Positions 38,042-48,094 of a stretch of DNA of 64,000 nucleotides are shown one piece after another. The position numbers and the translations under genes were made by a program. The DNA comes from an uncultured archaeon. GTDB lineage: Archaea > Asgardarchaeota > Lokiarchaeia > Sigyniarchaeales > SOKP01. Numbering within the stretch: the stretch's first letter is position 1; every line of letters starts with the position of its first letter. Where the stretch lies: positions 1-64,000 of the forward strand of contig CAZDTP010000005.1 in assembly GCA_964508365.1 (NCBI GenBank), read 5' to 3'. Below the pieces are notes generated by a model, which was not told the DNA's origin, did no database searches, and saw nothing but the letters and a program-made list of their open reading frames with translations.

Positions 38042-39004
38042 ATGTCTGACCGTGAATATTTAGCTCTCAGTTCTCTATTTGATGCAATAGGAATTATTGA
38101 AAAAGGTATCGAGAAAATATACCACTATTTGCTTAAACATAAGAGAATTGACAATTTACAAGAAGTCAGTACGCAATTCAATTTGACCTTAAAAAGAGGA
38201 TATAAAATTTGTGCGGTTTTGAACGATCTAGGATTAGTTCAAATATACGATCGTCCAATGAAAATTCATTTAACAACTCCACCTATCTCGATATGGCAAA
38301 CTATTATTAACGAAAGAATTGAGGAATTGTCTCAATTGTTCCAAGAGAAAAAAGAGGAGGCAGAAAATGCTTTGTCAGATTTTAGTCAAAATTTTAATTT
38401 GAATGAACAAATAACTCAAGAGTTCGTAGAGTTCGTTAATTATAACCTAAAAAATTTTGGAGAGACCTATCACTCATTTTTAGCTGAAAAAGAATGCAAG
38501 ATCGCCTTAGGAATCCGGTATGAAAACGAATTTAGTTCAGTTATTAAAAAATACGGGATTTCTAGTATTCCTGAAGATTTAAGTGAATCTATGCGATCGG
38601 GTATAACAAAAATTAAAGAAAACCTAATCAATATTGATATCCAAGTAATCTTTAGTACAGAAGTAATTAAGGAATTATTAGTTAGTGAAGAATTTCAACT
38701 GGTTTCCAATTATCTCAAATCATTCGAATTGACTTTTAAAAAAATTTCTGTTCGCGTTACAAGTGAGGATTTCAGTAATTTTAATTTAACCGATAGTGAA
38801 TTGGTTCAACCAAGTTTCGATCCTACTAATAGATTGATAGGAGCTTATATATCGCGAAATACTAATATTTATCAAATTTTCTATGAGAAATTTAACGAAC
38901 TATATGAAAAAGGTATTCCATTAACACAATTTCTAAAAGAACAGAGCGATGTTAAAGAAGAATCTTATTCTAATACACAATTATTTGGTTTGTGCTTGTT
39001 ATAA
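38042..39004 (+). CDS. TrmB-like winged-helix transcription regulator
   Basis: N-terminal wHTH (IYHYLL...LQEVS...GYKICAVLNDLGLV...PP), coiled coil, C-terminal effector-like domain. The GGTGA ribosome-binding site overlaps the GTPase stop; ORF-track start is 38024. Confidence 0.7.
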   Translation: MSDREYLALSSLFDAIGIIEKGIEKIYHYLLKHKRIDNLQEVSTQFNLTLKRGYKICAVLNDLGLVQIYDRPMKIHLTTPPISIWQTIINERIEELSQLFQEKKEEAENALSDFSQNFNLNEQITQEFVEFVNYNLKNFGETYHSFLAEKECKIALGIRYENEFSSVIKKYGISSIPEDLSESMRSGITKIKENLINIDIQVIFSTEVIKELLVSEEFQLVSNYLKSFELTFKKISVRVTSEDFSNFNLTDSELVQPSFDPTNRLIGAYISRNTNIYQIFYEKFNELYEKGIPLTQFLKEQSDVKEESYSNTQLFGLCLL

Positions 39005-39068
39005 AAAAGAATTTTTAAATATCTTATATCAAAAATAAAAAATAAAATTAAAAAAAAAAATTAATTAA

Positions 39069-39527
39069 TTAGTCATATCTTTTATATGTGAAAAGTAACC
39101 ATACAAATCCAAGTACCCCAATTATAAAGGCACCCAGAATTATATAATTTGGCCAATAAGCTAAGTCAAATGATGCAGGATTAGTTATCCATCCTATAAC
39201 TGCGTTTACTCCAGTAAGTGCCATGATAGAAAGAACGACTAAACCTATTCCCATAGCGTATTCTTCCTCTTTGAACATACCAATTCCCGCTACAAGGCAC
39301 CAGAAGCCTAGTGCTATTGAGATTAAGCCTTGACTTCCGAACAATGTAAGAGCTGCAGCTAAATCAGGATCAGTGGCGAAATCACCTAACCAAGAAGGAA
39401 CTATGATTCCTGCCCATGCTAAGAAATCCATTATGCCTTTAAACAAGAAAAGTATACCCAGTATAATCATTAAAAAATTTAAAAGTTCGTTCGAATCTTT
39501 CTTCTTTATTTCTTTTTCTTCACTCAT
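39069..39527 (-). CDS. Hypothetical membrane protein (4 TM)
   Basis: Four hydrophobic helices; ATG start. Confidence 0.8.
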   Translation of the reverse strand: MSEEKEIKKKDSNELLNFLMIILGILFLFKGIMDFLAWAGIIVPSWLGDFATDPDLAAALTLFGSQGLISIALGFWCLVAGIGMFKEEEYAMGIGLVVLSIMALTGVNAVIGWITNPASFDLAYWPNYIILGAFIIGVLGFVWLLFTYKRYD

Positions 39528-39728
39528 TTTTTAATAACCCTTTTTATTTTTAATTAAGATTATGTGTTGATTATGAAAATATCTTCCCACATATATAAAT
39601 TTAATTTATTGAGATTATAAATCCGATAATAAGTTCCTTCAAATTTCATTAGTTTTAATTAAGCAAAATTAATTAAATTTTAAAGACAATTTAGTGTTAA
39701 CTATTGATTTTTTCAATTTCAAGTATAA

Positions 39729-40715
39729 ATGAAAAACTTCTTATCGCCGGATAAAATTTATTCTAGCGTAGCAAATGGGAAAGTAAGTAAGGCTATGGCC
39801 ACTGAGCAGTTGATCTCATTAATAGAAGGAAGCGATAACCCAATAACTCGTGCTGAATCAATTGAAATTTCTGAGAAATTGGAAATTCACGATCAAAAAA
39901 TCTTTAAAATCTTAGAAAATTCTCTATTATCCGACGAAAGCCCATTAGTTAGGAAATCAGCTGCGAATTTCATTGGACAAATTTTTTTAAAAAAAGGTTT
40001 GAACACGCTAATATGGGTTTTGCAGCACGATAAATCTCCAATAGTTCTAAAAGTAATTTCTGATTTGAATAGCAGTCTTAATAGCGCCCGATTTGAATTG
40101 TTAAGTAAAGAAATAAATGGGTTTTTGGCAGAAATAGCGTTATCCGTTGGTATTGTTCAAAATGAAGCAAAATTTATATTAGATTTGGAGGCTATATTTG
40201 CTCAAAACGAATCTGATTATGAGTCCGAGTTAAAAACTTATCAATTCTACAAAAAATTAAAAGATAATAAACTTGGAGAATCTTGGCTTACGATAAGGAA
40301 TAAACACATTGAATCCTTGAGTTTCAATTATTACAATTGGAAATACTTGAAAGAAATCCCTAGTATGTTCGACTCTATTTCTAAATTGCAAGATTCCATG
40401 GTTTATTTAAATTTCATAGGAGAACTTGGTCTTAAAAGCAACACGATTCTCAAATTACCCGACTCTCTAGCGCTACTCACAAATCTTAAAAAACTGAATT
40501 TAAGCAGAAATAATATTAAGGTATTTCCAAAATCAATTTTTTCACTTTCTTATCTTAAGTATTTAGACATAAGTCATAATAAAATTTCTAAAATACCTGT
40601 GGAAATTAAAAACTTAACCTCACTAGATATTTTGAGAATTAACCATAATCAAATTCGAAAAATTCCAAATTATTTAAGAGAATTCTTACTTACACTTCAA
40701 GATTTTAAAATATAA
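39729..40715 (+). CDS. HEAT-repeat + leucine-rich-repeat protein
   Basis: LLSDESPLVRKSA and DKSPIV HEAT motifs; LKKLNLSRNNI, LKYLDISHNKI, LDILRINHNQI LRRs. Confidence 0.9.
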   Translation: MKNFLSPDKIYSSVANGKVSKAMATEQLISLIEGSDNPITRAESIEISEKLEIHDQKIFKILENSLLSDESPLVRKSAANFIGQIFLKKGLNTLIWVLQHDKSPIVLKVISDLNSSLNSARFELLSKEINGFLAEIALSVGIVQNEAKFILDLEAIFAQNESDYESELKTYQFYKKLKDNKLGESWLTIRNKHIESLSFNYYNWKYLKEIPSMFDSISKLQDSMVYLNFIGELGLKSNTILKLPDSLALLTNLKKLNLSRNNIKVFPKSIFSLSYLKYLDISHNKISKIPVEIKNLTSLDILRINHNQIRKIPNYLREFLLTLQDFKI

Positions 40716-40807
40716 ATACTTCTACTCTTTTATCTAAGATAATTATTTAAACAATAAAAACCAAATTTAAAATCAATATAACAATTTAGGATGGAAGGTG
40801 CAAAAAT

Positions 40808-42520
40808 TTGGAAGAAAAAAAGAATATTATAAATGGTGGCGATGTTCTTATCAAATCCTTACTTGAAGAAGATATCAAATATTTGTTTGGGATCATTGGT
40901 GGCCAATTTTTAACTATGTTTGATGCTGTATACAAGTGGGGGCGTGAAAAAGGAATCAATACTGTTATGTTTAGACACGAGCAAGCTGCAGCGCATGCAG
41001 CTGATGCTTGGGCAAGAGTGACGAATAAACCCGGAATTTGTTTCGGTACTGTTGGTCCTGGTGCAACTCAACTAGTCCCCGGGGTAGGAGCAGCATGGAG
41101 CGATAACATCCCAATGATCGTCTTAGTACCTCAAGTAAATAGCAAATTTGCTGATTCTTTCACTCTGCAGGGAAATTTAGACCAAATTACAATGTTCAAA
41201 CCAATTACTAAATACCAGAAATCAATACGAACGATAGAAGAAATTCCTGATGCCGTTCAAAAAGTTTTCCGGGAAGCTACTAGCGGGCGTCCAAGACCAG
41301 TTTTATTGGAGATTTACGAGGACGCTTTTTTAAGCCAGAAAGAAGAAAGTGAAATTCCAATTACGTCTCCTGATCAGTATCGATGCTTTGAGAAACCAGC
41401 AGTTAGTAATGAAGTAATCCAAAAAGCCATGGAAATGTTATTAAAAGCCGAGAAACCCTTAATCGTCTCTGGAGGTGGAGTGTCAAGATCAGAAGGATGG
41501 AATGAACTTCAAGAATTTGCTGAATACTTAAAAATTCCCGTTATAACCACTATTATGGGTATTGGCACTATCTCAAGTAGATCAGAAAGTTTTGTTGGTA
41601 CAACTATAAATGGCGTGGGTTTAAAAGCAGCCCCAGAAGCAGATGTTGTTCTTGCTCTCGGATGCAAGTTCACTTATGTTATGGGTCATGGAGACGAGCC
41701 ATTTTGGAAAAATTCTCAAAAAATGATACAAGTAGATATAGATCCAGGAATAATAGGGCGAGCTAAACCTATTACTCTAGGTATTATAAGCGATTGCAAA
41801 CAATTTTTAGCGCAAATACTTGAAGCTGCTAAAAAAGTTCAAAAAGTTGAAAAAAGAGAGTGGTTAAACGAGTTAGTGAATTTAAGAAAAACACAAATGG
41901 CTGGTATGATGAAAAAAGCAACAAAGGATAAGATCCCAATATTACCTCAAAGATTGGTCAAGGATGTATTAGAATTTATGGATGAGGATGCGATATTCAT
42001 TAACGATGGTGGGGATATAGCTTGTTATTCTATAGAACAAATAGATTATTATAAACCAAGACCACCACTATCCTTCTTACAAGCTGTCGGTATGGGCCAT
42101 TTGGGGACTTCTGTTGGTTATGGAATCGGAGCTAAGTTAGCAAAACCGGATAAACAGGTTATTTCAATATCTGGTGATGGTAGTTTTATGATGAATATTC
42201 AAGATCTCGAAACCGCTGTTAGATTAGGTTTAAAGAATCTCATATTTGTTATAGCAAATAATAGTGCTTGGGGGATGCTTAAATCGGGTCAAAAATTATT
42301 TGTAGACAAGCATTATATCGATGTCGAGTTACCTGAATTTAACTTTGCCAGATGTGCTGAAGGGTTTGGGTGTTATGGAGAGGTTGTAGTTGATCCTAAT
42401 GAGATTAAACCCGCGCTTGAAAGAGCTAAAAACTCTGGAAAACCTGCTGTAATAGATATTAAGACTTCTTGGTCAATTCCGGACGTGACTAAGCTCCTAG
42501 GAAGCATGGGAATACTTTAA
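40808..42520 (+). CDS. ThDP-dependent enzyme, acetolactate synthase / 2-hydroxyacyl-CoA lyase superfamily
   Basis: RHEQAAAHAADAWAR, TVGPGATQ, GDGSF...NN ThDP motif; TTG start. Confidence 0.9.
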   Translation: MEEKKNIINGGDVLIKSLLEEDIKYLFGIIGGQFLTMFDAVYKWGREKGINTVMFRHEQAAAHAADAWARVTNKPGICFGTVGPGATQLVPGVGAAWSDNIPMIVLVPQVNSKFADSFTLQGNLDQITMFKPITKYQKSIRTIEEIPDAVQKVFREATSGRPRPVLLEIYEDAFLSQKEESEIPITSPDQYRCFEKPAVSNEVIQKAMEMLLKAEKPLIVSGGGVSRSEGWNELQEFAEYLKIPVITTIMGIGTISSRSESFVGTTINGVGLKAAPEADVVLALGCKFTYVMGHGDEPFWKNSQKMIQVDIDPGIIGRAKPITLGIISDCKQFLAQILEAAKKVQKVEKREWLNELVNLRKTQMAGMMKKATKDKIPILPQRLVKDVLEFMDEDAIFINDGGDIACYSIEQIDYYKPRPPLSFLQAVGMGHLGTSVGYGIGAKLAKPDKQVISISGDGSFMMNIQDLETAVRLGLKNLIFVIANNSAWGMLKSGQKLFVDKHYIDVELPEFNFARCAEGFGCYGEVVVDPNEIKPALERAKNSGKPAVIDIKTSWSIPDVTKLLGSMGIL

Positions 42521-42561
42521 ATCTATTTTTTATTTTTTTTTATAAATTGAGGTGTAAATAA

Positions 42562-43581
42562 GTGAAGGGCGTATCTTATGAAGGTGTTGGAAAAATTGTT
42601 GTAAGACACGATTTACCAATGCCTAGTGTTAAACCAGACGAGGCTCTAATCAAAGTTAAATATTGTGGTATTTGTGGTTCGGATGTTGAATCTTTTAAAA
42701 AGACAGGTATGTATGGTTCAGGGACAATTATAGGGCATGAAATATCTGGAGAAATAATAGAAATAGGCGATAATGTAAAAAAATTGAAAATTGGAGATCG
42801 TGTAACTATAAATCCGAATGTTCCATGCTACAATTGTTATTGGTGTAATCAAAATCAAGAGAACAAGTGCAAATTTGCCCCTAGAGCTTTAGGATCGCTT
42901 ACTGATGGTGCAATGGCCGAATTTATTAATATAAACGAGGAAAGGATTCACATTTTGCCTGAATCAATCTCATTAGAAGAAGGAGCCATGATCGAGCCAC
43001 TGGCGGTTGGTATTTATTCTGTTCAAGAGTCTGACATAAAAATAGGTGATAGCGTTGCGGTTTTTGGAACGGGAACTATTGGTTTAATCACAATTTTAGC
43101 GTTAAAAGTAGCAGGTGCCGGTAATATTTATGCTTTAGAACCAGTAGAATCAAAACACAGAATAGCGTTAGAGATGGGGGCCAATAAAGCATTCACCCCA
43201 CAAAACTGGAAAAAGATTAAAAAATTATGTGATAAAATAGGACCAGCTCACATATTTGATTGCGTAGGAATAAATGAAACAATTACATCAGCAATAGATC
43301 TTGTAAGAAGAGGAGGGTATATCACAATGATTGGTATGGATCCTGAAATCACAGACCTAAAAAATTTCTATGGTATTGCAATTAAAAATATCACTTTGAG
43401 AGGTATTTTTGCCTATAACCAAGATACATTTAAAACTGCTATAAATTTATTAGATCAGAAAAGGGTGAATATAAAACCACTAATATCTAAAATAATAAAA
43501 CTAGATGAAGTTCCTGCCGCAATTGAAGATTTATCAAAAGGATTACATGATGATATAAAGATCATGGTTGAGATAGAATAA
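42562..43581 (+). CDS. Zinc-dependent alcohol/polyol dehydrogenase (MDR)
   Basis: CGICGSD, GHE, CxxCxxC...C structural Zn site, GTGTIG; GTG start after GAGGTG. Confidence 0.93.
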   Translation: MKGVSYEGVGKIVVRHDLPMPSVKPDEALIKVKYCGICGSDVESFKKTGMYGSGTIIGHEISGEIIEIGDNVKKLKIGDRVTINPNVPCYNCYWCNQNQENKCKFAPRALGSLTDGAMAEFININEERIHILPESISLEEGAMIEPLAVGIYSVQESDIKIGDSVAVFGTGTIGLITILALKVAGAGNIYALEPVESKHRIALEMGANKAFTPQNWKKIKKLCDKIGPAHIFDCVGINETITSAIDLVRRGGYITMIGMDPEITDLKNFYGIAIKNITLRGIFAYNQDTFKTAINLLDQKRVNIKPLISKIIKLDEVPAAIEDLSKGLHDDIKIMVEIE

Positions 43582-43758
43582 TTCTTTAATTTTTCACTAT
43601 TTTTTTTACTTTTTTTAACATTATAGCATTCTTGGATTATGATCAATTTACTATTTTTACAGATTTAATTTGTTGATTTTGGTAAATATTTATAAATTCA
43701 TGTAACAATAAATAAGATATTCATCAATTTTGTGAATAAAAATTAAGAGGTTAATCTA

Positions 43759-45492
43759 ATGGGAGTTAAAATGAGTCCATATGATGCGAAAATATGGACG
43801 AAATCTTATGATAAACATGTTAAACCGAATTTAGAATATCCCAAAGAAAGTCTTGGCGATTTATTTGATAAAGCTATGGCTAAATACCCAGAACGCATCG
43901 CTTGCTATTTTATGAAGCGAGAAATGCCTTTCAGTGAACTTAGAGAATTTACTCACAGATTTGCGACATTTTTACAGAAAAATGGTTTAAAAAAAGGAGA
44001 TCGCGTAGCTATAAATTTAGCTAACTGCCCTCAGTATTTAGCTGCACACTTTGGAACAATTTTAGCGGGTGGAGTAGCATCCGGGTGTTCACCGCTTCTA
44101 AGTCCGACTGAAATTGCTTACCAAATAAACGATAGTGGAGCTAAATTTTTTGTTACCTTGGATGCTGTATATGAGAAAGTATTAATGAAAGTAATAGAGA
44201 AGCTGCCAAATCTTAAATGCGTGATTACAACTAATATTTCTGATTACATGGGGCTTTCTAAACCTATAGTATTTCTTGGTAAGCTACTAGGTAAAATACC
44301 AAAAGGAAAAGTTGAACCGTATTCCGGAAAATTAATTATTGATTTCAAGGATGTGATGGAAACATCCATTGACTTACAGGCCGTAATTATTGATGTGAAG
44401 AACGATCTTGCCCTACTTCAATATACTGGCGGAACCACTGGATTACCTAAAGGCACAGAACTTACTCATCTTAACTTAATTACTAACATAGTTCAAGTAG
44501 CTACATGGCTTAATAGAAGTGAAGCAAAGGAAGGAGAAAATAACTTATCTGCTTTTCCGCTCTTTCATTTAGCTGGTTTAGCTATGAGCATGATAACTTT
44601 ATATACTTCAGCTGGACAAATCTTAATTGCAGATCCCCGAGATACCAACCATATTATAGAGGAAATGATAGAAAAAAACCCAAAAATAATAGTGAATGTA
44701 CCAACATTATTTTTATCAATTAAAAACAATCCAAAAATAAAGGATGTACCCAAGGCTACCCTAAATAATATAGATATCTATGTTTCTGGGGCTGCGCCTT
44801 TTCCAGCAGAAGCAATTAAAGATTTCGAAGAATCTATGCTTGGTACTAATAAACTATTAGAAGTTTACGGGATGACTGAAACAAGTCCAATTCTTACCAT
44901 GAATCCTTATAGCGGTAAAAAGAAAGTCGGTACTGTCGGCTTACCCGTACCCGACACTGAATTAAGGCTTGTAGATATTGAAACCGGAGAACAAGTAGAA
45001 CTCGGGAAACCTGGAGAAATAATTTGTAAAGGACCTCAAGTTACAAGAGGATATCTCAACAAACCAGACGCAAACGCAAAGACTATTATTGATGGATGGT
45101 TTCATACTGGTGATGTAGGTGTAATGGATGAGGATGGATTCATAACGATTGTGGATCGTACTAAAGATATGTTAATCGTAAGTGGGTATAAGGTGTACAG
45201 CGTTCATGTTGAAGATATCTTAACAAAACATCCCAATATTGAAATGGTAGCGATTATTGGCTTAAAAGATCCCGATCGGCCTGGAAGTGAAATCGTAAAA
45301 GCGATAGTTCAGCTTAAAGAAGGAATCGAACCATCCGATAAGATTAAAGTAGAATTAAAAAATTACGCTGCTGAAAATCTCTCGAAATATGAAAATCCAA
45401 GAATATGGGAATTTAGAGAAACTTTGCCCTTAACTACTGTAGGAAAAGTCTTAAAACGGGCATTAAGAGAAGAATCAAAAGAATTAAATTAA
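43759..45492 (+). CDS. Long-chain acyl-CoA ligase (AMP-forming, FadD-like)
   Basis: YTGGTTGLPKG, YGMTE, GWFHTGD, DRTKD, TTVGK. Confidence 0.93.
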   Translation: MGVKMSPYDAKIWTKSYDKHVKPNLEYPKESLGDLFDKAMAKYPERIACYFMKREMPFSELREFTHRFATFLQKNGLKKGDRVAINLANCPQYLAAHFGTILAGGVASGCSPLLSPTEIAYQINDSGAKFFVTLDAVYEKVLMKVIEKLPNLKCVITTNISDYMGLSKPIVFLGKLLGKIPKGKVEPYSGKLIIDFKDVMETSIDLQAVIIDVKNDLALLQYTGGTTGLPKGTELTHLNLITNIVQVATWLNRSEAKEGENNLSAFPLFHLAGLAMSMITLYTSAGQILIADPRDTNHIIEEMIEKNPKIIVNVPTLFLSIKNNPKIKDVPKATLNNIDIYVSGAAPFPAEAIKDFEESMLGTNKLLEVYGMTETSPILTMNPYSGKKKVGTVGLPVPDTELRLVDIETGEQVELGKPGEIICKGPQVTRGYLNKPDANAKTIIDGWFHTGDVGVMDEDGFITIVDRTKDMLIVSGYKVYSVHVEDILTKHPNIEMVAIIGLKDPDRPGSEIVKAIVQLKEGIEPSDKIKVELKNYAAENLSKYENPRIWEFRETLPLTTVGKVLKRALREESKELN

Positions 45493-45683
45493 TTTTTTTT
45501 ATAAATATATTATTTTTTTTTAATTTATCTTATTCTCTCAAGTTAGTAGTTAAAATTTCAGACTTCCTATTTTTAAGATGCATCATTGACCATCAATTAC
45601 TGCCTCTATTTTGGAGATTGTATATATTATAGATTTAAAGATATATGATTAGAATAAAATAAGAAAAAAAAAATGATTTTGTA

Positions 45684-46172
45684 TTAAATAGGATATGATT
45701 GCACAGTAAGCAAACACTCTCTGATAATATTTCCAGTAGTCTCGGACCAAAAGGCGATAGATATATTGTGGCGTCCCGCAGGGAATGACGCATTAAAATA
45801 TTGTAAGGTAACTGAATGATAATCATAGATCGATGTTCCTTTGTATGGTCCTACACGAGTATAAGGATTCAACAATCTCGTACCATCTATCATAATATAA
45901 AAAATGATGTCTGCAAAAGTGATGGGATCTGGAAGAATTTTAGTACTCGCTGAAAACGTGACATAGAGTTGGACTGGAGACCTTAAATCTACGATGACGT
46001 AAAGATCTGGAATTGTTTCGTACGATAAATCAGGGGCTGTGAAATAATCTGGCTCATAATCATTCCAAATGTTTACTTGTGACTGATTTATCCCGGTTAT
46101 TACCCCAAAACCTAATCCTATAGAACCTATCAAGATACCAATTATCCCTAATATAATACCAGCTTTTCCCAT
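45684..46172 (-). CDS. Hypothetical membrane-anchored or secreted beta-rich protein
   Basis: Gly-rich N-terminal hydrophobic helix followed by alternating beta-strand patterns. Confidence 0.75.
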   Translation of the reverse strand: MGKAGIILGIIGILIGSIGLGFGVITGINQSQVNIWNDYEPDYFTAPDLSYETIPDLYVIVDLRSPVQLYVTFSASTKILPDPITFADIIFYIMIDGTRLLNPYTRVGPYKGTSIYDYHSVTLQYFNASFPAGRHNISIAFWSETTGNIIRECLLTVQSYPI

Positions 46173-46688
46173 GAGGAATTACCTTCTTATTCTTTGTTTT
46201 ACATTAAATGTTATTTTTAATAGATTATAAGAACTAATTACTTGATCAGAATAATAAATATTTGTATTAAAATGATTTTTTCACATAATCAAAATTCAGA
46301 TTAAGAATGAATATGATAACCAATTCGAAGGAAATTTACCATATTAAAATTATTCATTTAGGAACAAAATTCTTTTTATCCTCATTAATAAATCCATGCT
46401 GTTCAAGTATAGAAAAGTTATATACCATAAAAGAAACAATCAAAATAATTAACCGGATTTAATAAATCTTAATTCTCATTTTTTTTAAAGCTTTTATCTT
46501 TTTGTTTGAATATCTTAAAATATATAAAATATTATGGAATACTTTTAAAGACTTTCTGTAAATTATAGAGAAGTCTATATGGGAACCTATTAAATTAAAT
46601 TAATTTTTTTTACTCATTATTATAAACTTATTTTAAGGAATTAATCAAATACATATCATAATTATTAAATTATTTCTAAATCAAAGAG

Positions 46689-47978
46689 TTGATAAAAGTG
46701 AATAATAAAAAAGGACAAGTTCAATGTATTAACGATGAAATTCTCGAAAAACTCTCGTTAAAGACCCGAAATAAGTTTTTAAATTACAATTTGATGAGTT
46801 TTTTAAAACCGAAACACTTCGATTTCCTTAAACAAGCCCAAAAGTTTTTCGTGAAATTTGAAAAAGACAATAATATAACCCATAACGAAGATTTCTATGA
46901 ATGGATACCAGAAATTGGCAGAAACGGATATATTACTCATATGTACAAATTTGATTCTCTTGGGTTAAACTTCGAACCTTATGGGATGACTGCTGAATTT
47001 ATGAGGGTTTTAGCAATGGATTTTTTTGATCCTCAGCTATCAATGGGTGCCGGAGCTACAGTTTTAGCAGTGAATCCCTTATTACTCCATCACGAAGATG
47101 TTGATGTTCGATTGAAAGCTTTAAAAGAATTAGTAACAGGTGAAAAAATAGGTTGTATATGTATCACAGAACCAGATAGAGGATCTGATGCAGTGCATAT
47201 GCTAACTACATGTGATGAACAAAATGATGGAAATTTTATTCTCAACGGAGAAAAAATATATCAAACTAACGGTAGTAAAGCAGATTGGGCGGTTGTATAT
47301 GCAGTTACCGAAAAAGATAACGGCAATACTATGGCTCAGTTTTTAGTTGATACATCATGGGAGGGGTGGAATGCTGAACGGGTTAATATTCCTTGGACTC
47401 CGAGGATTCATATAGGAAAGGAAACCATATCAAATTTGAGGGTCCCTTCAGAATATGTCTTAGGAAAACCGGGCGAAGGGAGGTCACATTTATTCGAAGG
47501 GCTCAATCTAGAACGATTAGGAATCGTATGTTTAAATCTAGCGGAAGCTTGGAATGCGATTACACACGCTGTAATATATTCTAACATGAGAAAGCAGTTC
47601 GATAAGGAAGTCTTGAAGTATCAAGGAGTAGGATTTCCGCTTTCTGATTTATGGGCTCAAACTATGAGCTTGACATTAGCAAATTTAAATATTTGTCAAA
47701 TAATTGATGATAAAATGGAAAAATCAGGCACGTTACCCAAGGAATTTAATTTAGCGCTGGTCGTTACTGCATCACAACTTAAACTTGTTAGCACAAAACT
47801 ATGCGAACGTGTTGTGTATGAATGTGCTAATCTTATGGGCGGAGCTGGAGTTTGTGATAATACAATAATGCATGATCTACTAGGAATTACTAGAATTCAG
47901 GAGATAGGCGGTGGAACAAGGCAAATACAACAATATATTCTAAGTTTATCTCTAAGACAGTTATTTAAAATGCTTTAA
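46689..47978 (+). CDS. Acyl-CoA dehydrogenase (IVD/LCAD-type catalytic arrangement)
   Basis: CITEPDRGSD, LNGEK..TNG, LNLERL, QFDK...YQGV, EIGGGT (no Glu at the MCAD position). Confidence 0.92.
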   Translation: MIKVNNKKGQVQCINDEILEKLSLKTRNKFLNYNLMSFLKPKHFDFLKQAQKFFVKFEKDNNITHNEDFYEWIPEIGRNGYITHMYKFDSLGLNFEPYGMTAEFMRVLAMDFFDPQLSMGAGATVLAVNPLLLHHEDVDVRLKALKELVTGEKIGCICITEPDRGSDAVHMLTTCDEQNDGNFILNGEKIYQTNGSKADWAVVYAVTEKDNGNTMAQFLVDTSWEGWNAERVNIPWTPRIHIGKETISNLRVPSEYVLGKPGEGRSHLFEGLNLERLGIVCLNLAEAWNAITHAVIYSNMRKQFDKEVLKYQGVGFPLSDLWAQTMSLTLANLNICQIIDDKMEKSGTLPKEFNLALVVTASQLKLVSTKLCERVVYECANLMGGAGVCDNTIMHDLLGITRIQEIGGGTRQIQQYILSLSLRQLFKML

Positions 47979-48094
47979 TGCTTAAACTTTTTAAATTAAG
48001 TATAGATTTTTTTTCTTTTTTTTAGTTGAAAACAATTATAAGGGAGTAAATCCAACTCTATATATATTCAAATTAAGGTTATTGAGAATTAATA

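Noticed and set aside
46173-46688. Long AT-rich spacer with a weak hairpin (about 46549-46577) and a short minus-strand frame (MVYNFSILEQHGFINEDKKNFVPK)
   Set aside because: The hairpin needs a bulge and a G-U pair, and the peptide resembles a wHTH end only loosely; not supportable.
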